Shown here: one piece after another, positions 9,474 through 18,949 of the stretch
How positions within the stretch are numbered: position 1 is the first letter of the stretch
Layout: the number at the start of each line of letters is the position of its first letter
DNA from: Eubacteriales bacterium
GTDB taxonomy: Bacteria; Bacillota; Clostridia; Oscillospirales; CAG-272
Assembly: GCA_045650025.1 (NCBI GenBank)
Contig: JAZRQR010000003.1
Coordinates: 1,756-65,755 of the forward strand
DNA length: 64,000 nucleotides
Direction of reading: 5' to 3'
Notes under the pieces: generated by a model
What the model was told of the DNA's origin: nothing
The model's input: only the letters and a program-made list of their open reading frames with translations
Databases searched by the model: none
Made by a program: the position numbers and the translations under genes

Positions 9474-11366
9474 TTATAAGGTTTCGATCTCGCACATCCA
9501 AGCATTCATGGATGCATCACTGGGCATGCAAAGTCCACCTCTGGGAGAAATGCTTATCGTGCTGACCGCAACACCGTCGGGCATGCAGGAGCGCTTGAAT
9601 TGCTGGGTAAAGAAGCGGCGCGTAAACACACGCAGCCAATGCTTGATGGTCTGCTCATCAAACTGTCCGTCAAATGCGCAGCACGCAAGGCGATAGATCT
9701 TTTCGGGACCAAAGCCGTAGCGCAGGGCATTGTAGATAAAGAAATCGTGCAGCTCGTAAGGGCCAACCAGATCTTCGGTTTTTTGCGCGATGTTGCCGTT
9801 TTCATCAGCAGGGAGAAGCTCAGGGCTGACGGGTGTTCCGACCACGTCGTCAAGGGAGTCTGCCAGAGCAATATTGCCAAGCTCACGTTGTTTCCTTGCA
9901 GCATAAGATACCAACGCGCGTACCAACGTCTTGGGAATGCCGCAGTTTACACTGTAATTGGACATATGGTCGCCGTTGTAGGTTGCCCACCCAAGTACCG
10001 ATTCAGAAAGGTCGCCCGTGCCGACCACAAGACCGTTATACTGGTTTGCTACGTCCATCAGGATCTGCGTGCGCTCTCTTGCCTGGCTGTTTTCATATAC
10101 AACGTTGCGCACTGCAGGATCGTGTCCGATATCCTTGAAATGCACGCTGACCGCATCGCCAATCGGGATCTCCTTGAATGTTACGCCCAACTGCTCGCAC
10201 AAAACGGTCGCATTATTCTTGGTACGCGCGGTTGTACCAAAGCCGGGCATTGTAATCGCAATGACCTTGCTTGCCGGCATATCAAGTGAAGTAACTGCAT
10301 CGACTGCAACCAACAGGGCAAGGGTAGAATCAAGACCACCGGAAATACCAATCACAAGCGTGTCTGCATGTGCCGCCTTAATGCGTGCGCGCAAGCCTTC
10401 TGCCTGCAGCTGCATAATGGTGGCGTGATGGTGATCGGGTACGGAGAAGGGACTGGGATCTACGAATCTGTTGAGCGTTTCGGAGTCACAGGGCATCAGC
10501 GTGAAATCGATCTCGGCAAATTCACGATTACCGGTTTTATTGGTAAAGGAAGTATCCTTGCAACGCTCGCTGACAAGCAGATGTACGTCAATGTCAGCAA
10601 ACACATAATCGGTTGAAAAGTCGAGACGATTTTTGTTGCGCAAAACAAAGCCGTTTTCGGAAATGAGTGCCTGTCCGCCATATACCGCATCAGTTGTGGA
10701 TTCGCCTCTGCCTGCGCTTGTGTAGAGGTATGCGCAGTGATTTTCAGCAGACACAAATTGCGCTTTGATGACATTCTTGGTAATAGCATCAACTAACAGT
10801 GGAGTTGCTTCCGTACAGCAGATCAGGGTTGCACCGGCAGCGCAAAGATCATCGATCTCACCCTTTCCTACACATACACCGATCTTAAGCTCGGGCATAG
10901 TGGAGCAAGAGAAGATAGTATTATTGCTAAAGTTGCAGACCTGCATGCCGTCGCCAAAAGGATCGTATGCATACGCCGCATCGCAAAGCTTTGCAAAATA
11001 GCGTGCATTAGGCTGCTGCGCGGGAACAACGCCCAGAAGCGTGCCTGCGTTACAAACGGCAGCGCAATCGTACAGCTTTCCGTTCATTTGTACGGGCAAG
11101 CCCACGATGCTGACCATATCCAAGTCAGCAGTCAGCTCCAGATATGCGGCAAGTGCATTCTTCGCGCTTGTCTGCAAAGTACTCTGGTAAAACAGATCGC
11201 CGCAAGTTGCACCGGTCAGACAAAGCTCAGGAAAGGCGATGACGCGCACGCCGTCTGTCTCATATGCAGCGCGTGCAGTCTGTGCCAATACCTCTGCATT
11301 ATAAGTAGGGTCCGCAAGTCTGATCTCGGGGGATGCCGCAGCAACCTTGATAAATCCGTGTTTCAT
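9474..11366 (-). CDS. nadE: glutamine-dependent NAD+ synthetase
   Basis: N-terminal CN-hydrolase domain (IAFPELCLTG) plus a C-terminal synthetase with the SGGLDS PP-loop. ATG at 11366 with a GGAGG RBS. Confidence 0.9.
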   Translation of the reverse strand: MKHGFIKVAAASPEIRLADPTYNAEVLAQTARAAYETDGVRVIAFPELCLTGATCGDLFYQSTLQTSAKNALAAYLELTADLDMVSIVGLPVQMNGKLYDCAAVCNAGTLLGVVPAQQPNARYFAKLCDAAYAYDPFGDGMQVCNFSNNTIFSCSTMPELKIGVCVGKGEIDDLCAAGATLICCTEATPLLVDAITKNVIKAQFVSAENHCAYLYTSAGRGESTTDAVYGGQALISENGFVLRNKNRLDFSTDYVFADIDVHLLVSERCKDTSFTNKTGNREFAEIDFTLMPCDSETLNRFVDPSPFSVPDHHHATIMQLQAEGLRARIKAAHADTLVIGISGGLDSTLALLVAVDAVTSLDMPASKVIAITMPGFGTTARTKNNATVLCEQLGVTFKEIPIGDAVSVHFKDIGHDPAVRNVVYENSQARERTQILMDVANQYNGLVVGTGDLSESVLGWATYNGDHMSNYSVNCGIPKTLVRALVSYAARKQRELGNIALADSLDDVVGTPVSPELLPADENGNIAQKTEDLVGPYELHDFFIYNALRYGFGPEKIYRLACCAFDGQFDEQTIKHWLRVFTRRFFTQQFKRSCMPDGVAVSTISISPRGGLCMPSDASMNAWMCEIETL

Positions 11367-11398
11367 AAAAACCTCCGGAAAAACAATTTCTTGAGAAT

Positions 11399-11427
11399 AG
11401 TATAGCACGAAGTCGTCGTGATTGCAA
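11399..11427 (-). promoter_or_regulatory. sigma-A promoter for nadE
   Basis: The minus strand reads TTGCAA-17 nt-TATACT with a TGn extended -10. Confidence 0.5.
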
Positions 11428-11465
11428 GACCTCGCACAAAAAAACACGAAATCTTGACAGAATCA

Positions 11466-11494
11466 TTGACATTCTCTCACGTGTTTGGTATACT
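11466..11494 (+). promoter_or_regulatory. sigma-A promoter for pncB
   Basis: TTGACA-17 nt-TATACT with a TGn extended -10, divergent from the nadE promoter. Confidence 0.55.
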
Positions 11495-11529
11495 AATATC
11501 AATAAAATTTACAGGAAGAAGGCAAAACC

Positions 11530-12975
11530 ATGAAAGACATCTCGAGAAATCTGACAATGCTGTGTGACTTTTATGAATTGACCATGAGCAATGGCTATTT
11601 TGCTTGCGGCTTCAAGGACAAAATCACATATTTTGATGTGTTCTACCGCTCCAATCCCGATAACGGCGGCTATGCCGTGGTAGCGGGACTTGAACAGGTG
11701 GTAGAGTATATCAACGATTTGCATTTTGATGAGCAGGATATTGCATATCTGCGAGAAAAGAACATGTTCTCCCAAGAGTTCTTGGACTATCTGCGCGATT
11801 TCAAATTTACGGGCGACATCTGGGCAATTCCCGAAGGTACGGTCGTATTCCCCGGCGAGCCTTTGATGACCGTGCGCGCCAAGGCGATCGAAGCGCAGTT
11901 TATCGAAACTTACGTACTCATGATGATCAATCACCAATCCCTGATTGCCACCAAGGCGGCAAGATTGACGCGCGCAGCAAAGGGCAGACCAATCAGCGAG
12001 TTTGGCTCCAGACGCGCGCAGGGAAGTGACGCAGCTATTCTCGGTGCGCGTGCCGCATACATCGGCGGTTGCTCCAATACCGCTTGTACCATCTCGGATC
12101 TTGCGTTCGGCGTTCCCGCTGCGGGTACCATGGCGCACTCCTGGGTACAGATGTTTGACGACGAGTACACGGCGTTTAAGACCTACTGCGAGATTTACCC
12201 CAACAATGCAACTCTACTGATCGACACCTACAACGTGCTTGAATCCGGTGTGCCTAACGCAATCCGCGTATTTAACGAGGTGCTCAAGCCCAAGGGCATT
12301 ACCAAATGTGGCGTACGTCTTGATTCGGGTGACATCACCTACCTGACCCAGAAGGTCAGAGAAATGCTGGATGAAGCCGGTTGGACAGATTGTAAGATCG
12401 TAGTCTCCAACTCTCTGGACGAATATATTATACGCGAGCTGATCCGCCAGGGCGCCTGTGTGGATGCGTTTGGCGTAGGCGAGAGATTGATCACCTCGCT
12501 TTCCGCTCCCGTATTCGGCGGCGTGTACAAGCTGGTTGCGGTTGAGAACGAAGACGGCAGCATTCAGCCCAAGATCAAGATCAGCGAAAACGTTGGCAAG
12601 ATCACCACGCCTCACTTCAAAAAAGTCTACAGATTGCGTGATAAGCAGTCCGGCAAGGCAGAAGCAGACGTCATCTGCCTGTACAACGAAGTTATCGATG
12701 ATTCGCAGCCCTATGAGATCTTTGACCCCGAGCACACCTGGAAGCGCAAGATGATGCTCGAGTATACCGCCACCGAGCTGATGGTGCCGATCTTTAAGCA
12801 GGGCAAGCAGGTATATGAGCTGCCCGGTATTGAAGAGATCAAGGCACATTGTCAGAATGAGATTGCCGGTATGTGGGAAGAGGTTCGCCGATTCACAAAC
12901 CCGCACAAATACTACGTTGACCTTTCACAACAGCTTTGGGATATCAAACACGAAATGCTCAGAAAACGCAGATAA
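11530..12975 (+). CDS. pncB: nicotinate phosphoribosyltransferase
   Basis: 481 aa. MLCDFYELTMSNGYF and GTMAHSWVQ are NAPRTase signatures. Confidence 0.9.
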   Translation: MKDISRNLTMLCDFYELTMSNGYFACGFKDKITYFDVFYRSNPDNGGYAVVAGLEQVVEYINDLHFDEQDIAYLREKNMFSQEFLDYLRDFKFTGDIWAIPEGTVVFPGEPLMTVRAKAIEAQFIETYVLMMINHQSLIATKAARLTRAAKGRPISEFGSRRAQGSDAAILGARAAYIGGCSNTACTISDLAFGVPAAGTMAHSWVQMFDDEYTAFKTYCEIYPNNATLLIDTYNVLESGVPNAIRVFNEVLKPKGITKCGVRLDSGDITYLTQKVREMLDEAGWTDCKIVVSNSLDEYIIRELIRQGACVDAFGVGERLITSLSAPVFGGVYKLVAVENEDGSIQPKIKISENVGKITTPHFKKVYRLRDKQSGKAEADVICLYNEVIDDSQPYEIFDPEHTWKRKMMLEYTATELMVPIFKQGKQVYELPGIEEIKAHCQNEIAGMWEEVRRFTNPHKYYVDLSQQLWDIKHEMLRKRR

Positions 12976-12990
12976 TAAAGGAGAATGTGC

Positions 12991-15351
12991 ATGAAATTCA
13001 AAAAAATTTTGCTGATTGTAATGGCATTGCTGACGCTTGGATGCGTTGTGTTTGCAGCTTGCAACACTGATCCCGGCATCACCGATTCCGATAACACCGT
13101 AACCGATTCCGAGACTACAGAGCCCTCTGCAGAGACGGAAACGCCCACGACTGATGAAGAAACGACCGCAGAGGAAACAACTGAGGAAGAAACAGTTGCG
13201 AATGAATTCAATGATCCGATGTCTCCCACTACGGTAACATTTACCGGTCAGGAATCCTTTAGCTGGAAAAAAATGCTGACTAGCGCCAACCAGTGCGAAT
13301 ACGAGATCGTCAAGGACGAAAAATGCGGATACGTGCTTAAGCTGACCACCAAGGACGGCGCAAACGACCCCTTCATTCTGTTTGACTACAAGGCATACAT
13401 GAAGAAGTTTGCCATGACACCCGCAAGTGCGGACGACTACAAGTACATTGTCATTAAGATCAAGACGGAAAACGTCACCAGCGACGGCTTTGAGCTGTTC
13501 TATGCATCCGGTAAGATGACCGGACCCGTTGGCGGTTACAGCAAGGTAGCAACCTTTGACCAGACCAATTCCGATTGGCAGTACGTCATTTACGACCTCT
13601 CACAGGCAGAAGGCTGGACCGGCAAGATCAACTTGTTCCGTTTCGACTTCCTGACAGCACCCTCGGGCGGCGGTGAGAGCATGTACATCGCTTCGATCGA
13701 TCTGTACCAGACTGCCGAGGAAGCTTACAAGAACTTCGACGTGGATATGACGCGTCCCGGCACCGGATCTGATCTTAAGGAACAGCCCGTGGACGGCGTT
13801 AATTATGACAAGATCAACGCATCCGCAGAGGACTCCTCGGTACTGCTTTGGTTTGACCACATGACCGAGAAGACCTACCGCAACAACGTCACCCCCTCCA
13901 ATCTGAACACCTACGTTATTCATATGGCAGGAAACAGTATCGAAAACTGTCAGATTTTTGTAGCACCTACCGAATCCAACAGAAACATCCGTATCGAGAT
14001 CACCGACATGACCAACGGACAGGGAACTGTCCTGAAAACCCAGCTGCTACGTGAGCATTACGTCAAGATCGGCAATAACTGGGTACCCGATGCGTTGCCT
14101 CCCGTAGACGGCGCTGTCAGCATTGCCCAGAACAACTCACAGGGCTTTGTTCTCAAGGTCTGGGCAGAGGACGGTCAGACCGCAGGTCTTTACAGCGCAA
14201 CCGTAAACGTTTACGATGCAGATAATGGCGCGTGCATCAAGACCGCCAACGTATACGTAAAGGTATACGACTTCTCGCTCTCCGAGAAGACGGCTCTTAA
14301 GACCGCTGTACAGATGTCTCCCTGGGTTATCTCCAACTCCTATGCACAGAAGGGCATGAATGACGTTTCCGCAGAAGAGATCTACAAAATTTACTACGAT
14401 TTCATGCTGGAAAACCGCATTTCCTGCTACAACTTGCCTTACTCCCTATGGGATAACCGCGTTATCGACTACCTCAACAACCCCAGAGTGACCAGTTTCA
14501 GCATCAAGGAAAGTAACGGCGGTGACGAGGCAGGCGCTCACGCAATGCTCTCGCAAAATCCCGAATGGCTGGAAAAGGGCTACTTCTACTACGTTGACGA
14601 GCCCACCAGTGCAGAGCTTCTGTATGCACTGCAGTCCAACGGACAGAGACTGGAATCCACCTATCCCGGTTACAGACAGGTCTCGCCCTTCTTTACCAAC
14701 ATTACCATCGAAGGCATGGACCAGATTTCGTTCATGCAGCCCTACACGCAGATCTGGTGTACCAAGATCTTTGCCTTCACCCCCAGAGACAAGAGCATCA
14801 TCAGCGGTGCACAGTATCTGACTACGGTGCTGCAGGATCAGCAATACGGCACGTTTGAAGAGAGAATGAAGGCAGAGGTTGCAGGCGGCGATGAGCTGTG
14901 GCTGTATTTCTGTTGGGAGCCTAATCAGCCTTATGCAAACTGGCTGGCTACCGGTGACGGTACTGAGCCCATTGTAACCATTTGGCAGTGCAAGATGACC
15001 GATGCTACCGGCGTTTTGTATTGGGGTTCTACTTACTGGAGTGCAGATCCTTACAACGACCTCGCGTCCACCGTTATCACTAGCGTATACGGTGACGGCG
15101 TACTGCTTTACAGCGGTGCAGAGGTTGGCATTTATGAGGCTGTATCCTCCTTCAGACTGGAGAATATCCGTCTCGGTATCCAGGACTACCAGATGCTCGA
15201 CATGCTGGAAAAAGCAGCAGGTGCAGAGGTAACCGACGAGATGGTAGCGATGGTGACCAAGGACGTCATCACTTACACCAATGACGACGATTATCTGCAT
15301 GCTGTACGCGTTCTGCTTGCTGAAAAAGTTGCAGAAACATGTGCTGATTAA
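12991..15351 (+). CDS. DUF4091 (GH123-like) domain lipoprotein with an acidic Thr/Glu linker
   Basis: Lipobox LLTLGCVVFAAC. Linker TDSETTEPSAETETPTTDEETTAEETTEEE. The C-terminal region (LYFCWEPNQPYANW, GVLYWGSTYW, GDGVLLYSG, FRLENIRLGIQDYQMLDML) fits DUF4091. The ATG at 12991 is 7 nt after AAGGAG. Confidence 0.75.
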   Translation: MKFKKILLIVMALLTLGCVVFAACNTDPGITDSDNTVTDSETTEPSAETETPTTDEETTAEETTEEETVANEFNDPMSPTTVTFTGQESFSWKKMLTSANQCEYEIVKDEKCGYVLKLTTKDGANDPFILFDYKAYMKKFAMTPASADDYKYIVIKIKTENVTSDGFELFYASGKMTGPVGGYSKVATFDQTNSDWQYVIYDLSQAEGWTGKINLFRFDFLTAPSGGGESMYIASIDLYQTAEEAYKNFDVDMTRPGTGSDLKEQPVDGVNYDKINASAEDSSVLLWFDHMTEKTYRNNVTPSNLNTYVIHMAGNSIENCQIFVAPTESNRNIRIEITDMTNGQGTVLKTQLLREHYVKIGNNWVPDALPPVDGAVSIAQNNSQGFVLKVWAEDGQTAGLYSATVNVYDADNGACIKTANVYVKVYDFSLSEKTALKTAVQMSPWVISNSYAQKGMNDVSAEEIYKIYYDFMLENRISCYNLPYSLWDNRVIDYLNNPRVTSFSIKESNGGDEAGAHAMLSQNPEWLEKGYFYYVDEPTSAELLYALQSNGQRLESTYPGYRQVSPFFTNITIEGMDQISFMQPYTQIWCTKIFAFTPRDKSIISGAQYLTTVLQDQQYGTFEERMKAEVAGGDELWLYFCWEPNQPYANWLATGDGTEPIVTIWQCKMTDATGVLYWGSTYWSADPYNDLASTVITSVYGDGVLLYSGAEVGIYEAVSSFRLENIRLGIQDYQMLDMLEKAAGAEVTDEMVAMVTKDVITYTNDDDYLHAVRVLLAEKVAETCAD

Positions 15352-15366
15352 TCACGTAAAATACAT

Positions 15367-15398
15367 AGCCCCGAGACCGATTTTTCGGTTTCGGGGCT
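15367..15398 (+). terminator. hairpin terminator
   Basis: AGCCCCGAGACCG-atttttC-GGTTTCGGGGCT stem with one G-U pair and a weak T-tract. Confidence 0.6.
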
Positions 15399-15445
15399 TG
15401 TCGTATATAATTATAAACTTTTTATAAAATATATATGTAAATGTG

Positions 15446-15474
15446 TTGAAATTCGAGTAGAATTATGATATAAT
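15446..15474 (+). promoter_or_regulatory. sigma-A promoter for cdaA
   Basis: TTGAAA-17 nt-TATAAT with a TGn extended -10. Confidence 0.55.
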
Positions 15475-15501
15475 GTTATACGGAATTTTATTGCAAAGGC
15501 G

Positions 15502-16434
15502 GTGGATGAAATGATTGAATGGCAGGAGCTTATAAACGCTGTTAAAACGTTTATTGCGGACTTTATTCTGTTCCCGATCAATCACATGCATCCCGTTACC
15601 GATCTCTTGGACATCGTGCTTTTAACGGGCTTGCTTTACTATGTTTACAGATTTGTCAGAAGGCGCAGAGCCGGCAAATTGATGATTGGCATTGTTGCGT
15701 TGTTTGGCCTGTTTATGATTTGCAGCGTACTGGATATGAAAGCGCTGGGTTTGATCATGGAGAACTTTTTGACGGTGGGCTTGATCGCGGTCGTGGTTAT
15801 CTTCCAGCCCGAGCTGCGCGATGCATTGGAAAGAGTGGGTAACACCTCTTTGCGTATTGGTCGCTTTGCCGGTGAGAGATCCGGCTCCGCCTCTGAAATC
15901 GAAGCGGTAGCTGCTAATATCTCCTCGGCTGCTTGCGCGCTTTCCTCAGAAGGTTACGGCGCCCTGATCGTGCTGCAGCGCACAACCCAGCTGCAGGACT
16001 ATATGGACAAGGGCGAGAGACTGGACGCTAAGGTCTCGGATAAGCTTTTGCGTAATCTGTTTGTTAACAAGTCGCCCCTGCATGACGGCGCTGTCATCAT
16101 TGAAGGTGATCGCATTGCCGCAGCGGCTTGCAAGCTGCCTCTTTCGGATAACGAAGAGGTAGTTAAGGATCTCGGTACAAGACACCGCGCAGGTGTTGGC
16201 ATTACCGAGGTAAGCGATGCTATGGTCATCATTGTTTCTGAGGAAAACAGCATCATTTCGATTGCGTACGGCGGCTCGTTGTACCGTAACTACGACTACA
16301 AGAATTTACATGATGCGATTTACCGTTTTATGGACCACAAGAGAAGAAAGACTACCCAGCAAAGCATCAAAGAGGTGTCCGATACCGTTAAGACCGGTTC
16401 GCTGGATATGAACGATAGCGAGGAGGATGCATAA
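15502..16434 (+). CDS. cdaA: diadenylate cyclase
   Basis: Three N-terminal TM helices plus a DAC domain (LHDGAVIIEGDRIAAAACKLPLS, GTRHRAGVGITE). The start is GTG 15502 or, more likely, ATG 15511. Confidence 0.9.
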   Translation: MDEMIEWQELINAVKTFIADFILFPINHMHPVTDLLDIVLLTGLLYYVYRFVRRRRAGKLMIGIVALFGLFMICSVLDMKALGLIMENFLTVGLIAVVVIFQPELRDALERVGNTSLRIGRFAGERSGSASEIEAVAANISSAACALSSEGYGALIVLQRTTQLQDYMDKGERLDAKVSDKLLRNLFVNKSPLHDGAVIIEGDRIAAAACKLPLSDNEEVVKDLGTRHRAGVGITEVSDAMVIIVSEENSIISIAYGGSLYRNYDYKNLHDAIYRFMDHKRRKTTQQSIKEVSDTVKTGSLDMNDSEEDA

Positions 16435-17192
16435 TGAGCGCAAACAGATCCGGTTCTCCGGTTTTTAAGGAAAAAAAGAGCGTGAGCATTGCGGCTCTCA
16501 TCATTTGCTTCTTCGTTGCATGCGGTATCTGGTTATATGCACAGGCAACCGATGATGAGATCAACGTAAAAACGTACAATCAGCTGCCCATTGAAGTAGT
16601 AGGCGCGGACGTATTCACCGAGCATACCGAATACGACGTGCACTCCTTATCAGTACAGATTGCAAACATTTCAATCAGCGCAACCAATCGCGAGCTTGTC
16701 AAGTACGATGCACAGAACATCCACTTAGTAGCAGATATTGGTGCCGCTAATAACGGCGTAGCGACCATCAAGGCTTATTTTGAGGACGAAGAGGGAACAA
16801 GAACCGAGCTCAAGAATTATGAGGTCACTCCTGCGGTTGTTACGATCAATGTTTCTAAGCAAGTATCGTATACGGTAGCAGACATTACCGCGGACCGCAA
16901 TGAGATCGATTTTGATTACACGTTGGATCACACCGTGATGAATGGTACGATTACGATCGTCGGACCGATCCAAGATCTTGTCTCCATTGATCACGTAGGT
17001 TTCTCGATCGATTACAAAAACGTTGTCGACAAAGTGGGTACGCATACAGTTCCGATCACTGCAATTGCATTCTACGATGCCGAGGGAACGCTTCTGTACG
17101 GGGAAGCCAACAAAAACGAGAATATCAAGTATGACACTACGGGTATTTTGGTATCCGTAACCGTCACAAGCAAACACACAGATGACAAATAA
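16434..17192 (+). CDS. cdaR: YbbR-domain protein, CdaA regulator
   Basis: 1-nt overlap with the cdaA stop. N-terminal TM helix followed by repeated beta-rich YbbR-like segments. The call rests mainly on conserved position after cdaA. Confidence 0.7.
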   Translation: MSANRSGSPVFKEKKSVSIAALIICFFVACGIWLYAQATDDEINVKTYNQLPIEVVGADVFTEHTEYDVHSLSVQIANISISATNRELVKYDAQNIHLVADIGAANNGVATIKAYFEDEEGTRTELKNYEVTPAVVTINVSKQVSYTVADITADRNEIDFDYTLDHTVMNGTITIVGPIQDLVSIDHVGFSIDYKNVVDKVGTHTVPITAIAFYDAEGTLLYGEANKNENIKYDTTGILVSVTVTSKHTDDK

Positions 17193-18825
17193 CATCGTAA
17201 CGCTCTCAGGGATAGTGATTGAATCGATCACTGTCCCTTTGGACGCAAAAGAGCAAGAAATCTTTGCGCTTGCCAAGCAAAGACTCAAAAAAATCGGCGC
17301 ACAGCCCACGCAGTTTTCGCTCAACTTGTTCCGCAGATCAGTAGACGCACGAGATCGCGCAAAGGTACAATTCGTATATTCGGTGCTCGCAACGCGTGCA
17401 GACGGCGCATATCCGACCAACGAAAAGCTCTTGCAAAGGCACAAGATCAGAATGCTTTGCGCGGAACAGATCTTACCCGAATACGGCACGGACCCGATCT
17501 CAGCACCTCCTCTTGTTGTCGGCATGGGCCCAGCTGGCTTGTTTGCAGCTTTGATGCTTGCGCAAAACGGCTACCGTCCCATCATCATCGACAGAGGCGA
17601 CAGCATTTCAGATCGCGTGCGTTCGGTGGATCAGTTCTATCAAACGCAGCAGCTGGATACAGAATCCAATATTCAGTTCGGTGCAGGCGGTGCAGGTACG
17701 TTCTCGGACGGCAAGCTGATGACGCGCATTCACGACCCCAAATGCCAGTTCGTGCTGGAAACCATGGTGGAGCTTGGCGCGCCTGCAGATGTTTTGCTGC
17801 TTTCCAAGCCGCACGTTGGCACAGACGTGCTTCGTACCGTTGTAGACAATATCCTTGGCAGGATCCTTTCGCTGGGTGGCACCGTCATCTATCGCTGTCG
17901 ATTGGACGGCTTTGACCGTAATTCGGATGGTACCGTTACGGCACGCACCACAAAAGGCGATATTTTATGCAGCTCGATCATCCTGGCTGTTGGACACAGC
18001 GCAAGAGATACCTACATGATGCTGCTTAAAAAGCAAATGGATCTTATTGCAAAGCCAATTTCGGTAGGCGTCAGAATCGAGCATCTGACAACCGATATTG
18101 ATAAAGTGCTGTACGGCGATTATGCCGGTCATCCCACACTGGGACATGCAGAGTACGCACTATCGGATACGCGCACGCAGCGCGGTGTGTACACGTTTTG
18201 CATGTGTCCGGGCGGTGAAGTCATGGCGGCAACCTCGGAGCAGGGCGGCGTTGTGGTAAACGGCATGAGCAATCGCGCACGTGATGGGCGCAATTCCAAT
18301 GCGGCTGTGGTTGTGTCCTTGGGGACCGAGGACTATGAAACCGTAAACGGCAGCCTTGTAGAAGGTGCCATTGCGTTACAACGTCGCATTGAATCGGCAG
18401 CATTTGTAGCCGGTGGAGGTGATTATACAGCACCTATACAAACGGTTGGCGATTTCTTGACAGGGAAGGTTGCACATGAGCCCAAGCGCGTTCTGCCTAC
18501 CTACATGAACGGCAGATGCAAGGTAACCGACCTTGGTGTTGTTTTTCCCAAGTGTGTACAGCAAACCCTGCGTTACGGTTTGGAAGTATTCGATAAAAAG
18601 ATTGAGGGGTATGCAGCACCCGATGCAGTATTGACGGGCGCAGAGACCCGCACAAGCGCACCTGTGCGCATCAGAAGAGACGATGCGCGGTGTGCTATTG
18701 GATTTTCCTACGTATATCCTTGTGGAGAGGGTGCAGGTTACGCTGGCGGCATTACCAGTGCCGCAGTAGATGGAGTAAATACCGCGCTTGCAGTGATGAA
18801 GCGCACGGCTCCTTACCAAGATTAA
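17182..18825 (+). CDS. FAD-dependent protein (COG2509-type uncharacterised dehydrogenase)
   Basis: Dinucleotide-binding motif VVGMGPAGLFAALMLAQNG and GAGGAGTFSDGKL. Overlaps the cdaR end by 11 nt. Confidence 0.7.
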   Translation: MTNNIVTLSGIVIESITVPLDAKEQEIFALAKQRLKKIGAQPTQFSLNLFRRSVDARDRAKVQFVYSVLATRADGAYPTNEKLLQRHKIRMLCAEQILPEYGTDPISAPPLVVGMGPAGLFAALMLAQNGYRPIIIDRGDSISDRVRSVDQFYQTQQLDTESNIQFGAGGAGTFSDGKLMTRIHDPKCQFVLETMVELGAPADVLLLSKPHVGTDVLRTVVDNILGRILSLGGTVIYRCRLDGFDRNSDGTVTARTTKGDILCSSIILAVGHSARDTYMMLLKKQMDLIAKPISVGVRIEHLTTDIDKVLYGDYAGHPTLGHAEYALSDTRTQRGVYTFCMCPGGEVMAATSEQGGVVVNGMSNRARDGRNSNAAVVVSLGTEDYETVNGSLVEGAIALQRRIESAAFVAGGGDYTAPIQTVGDFLTGKVAHEPKRVLPTYMNGRCKVTDLGVVFPKCVQQTLRYGLEVFDKKIEGYAAPDAVLTGAETRTSAPVRIRRDDARCAIGFSYVYPCGEGAGYAGGITSAAVDGVNTALAVMKRTAPYQD

Positions 18826-18949
18826 CTTTACTGACACTAATATTTCAGCTTCAGAAAAGAGTAATGAAAGAAAAGATGATTTATCACGCAAGTATGGTGC
18901 CGTTGTGACCACATTTGCATGGAACGATCAGGATGAAGGAATTTATATC

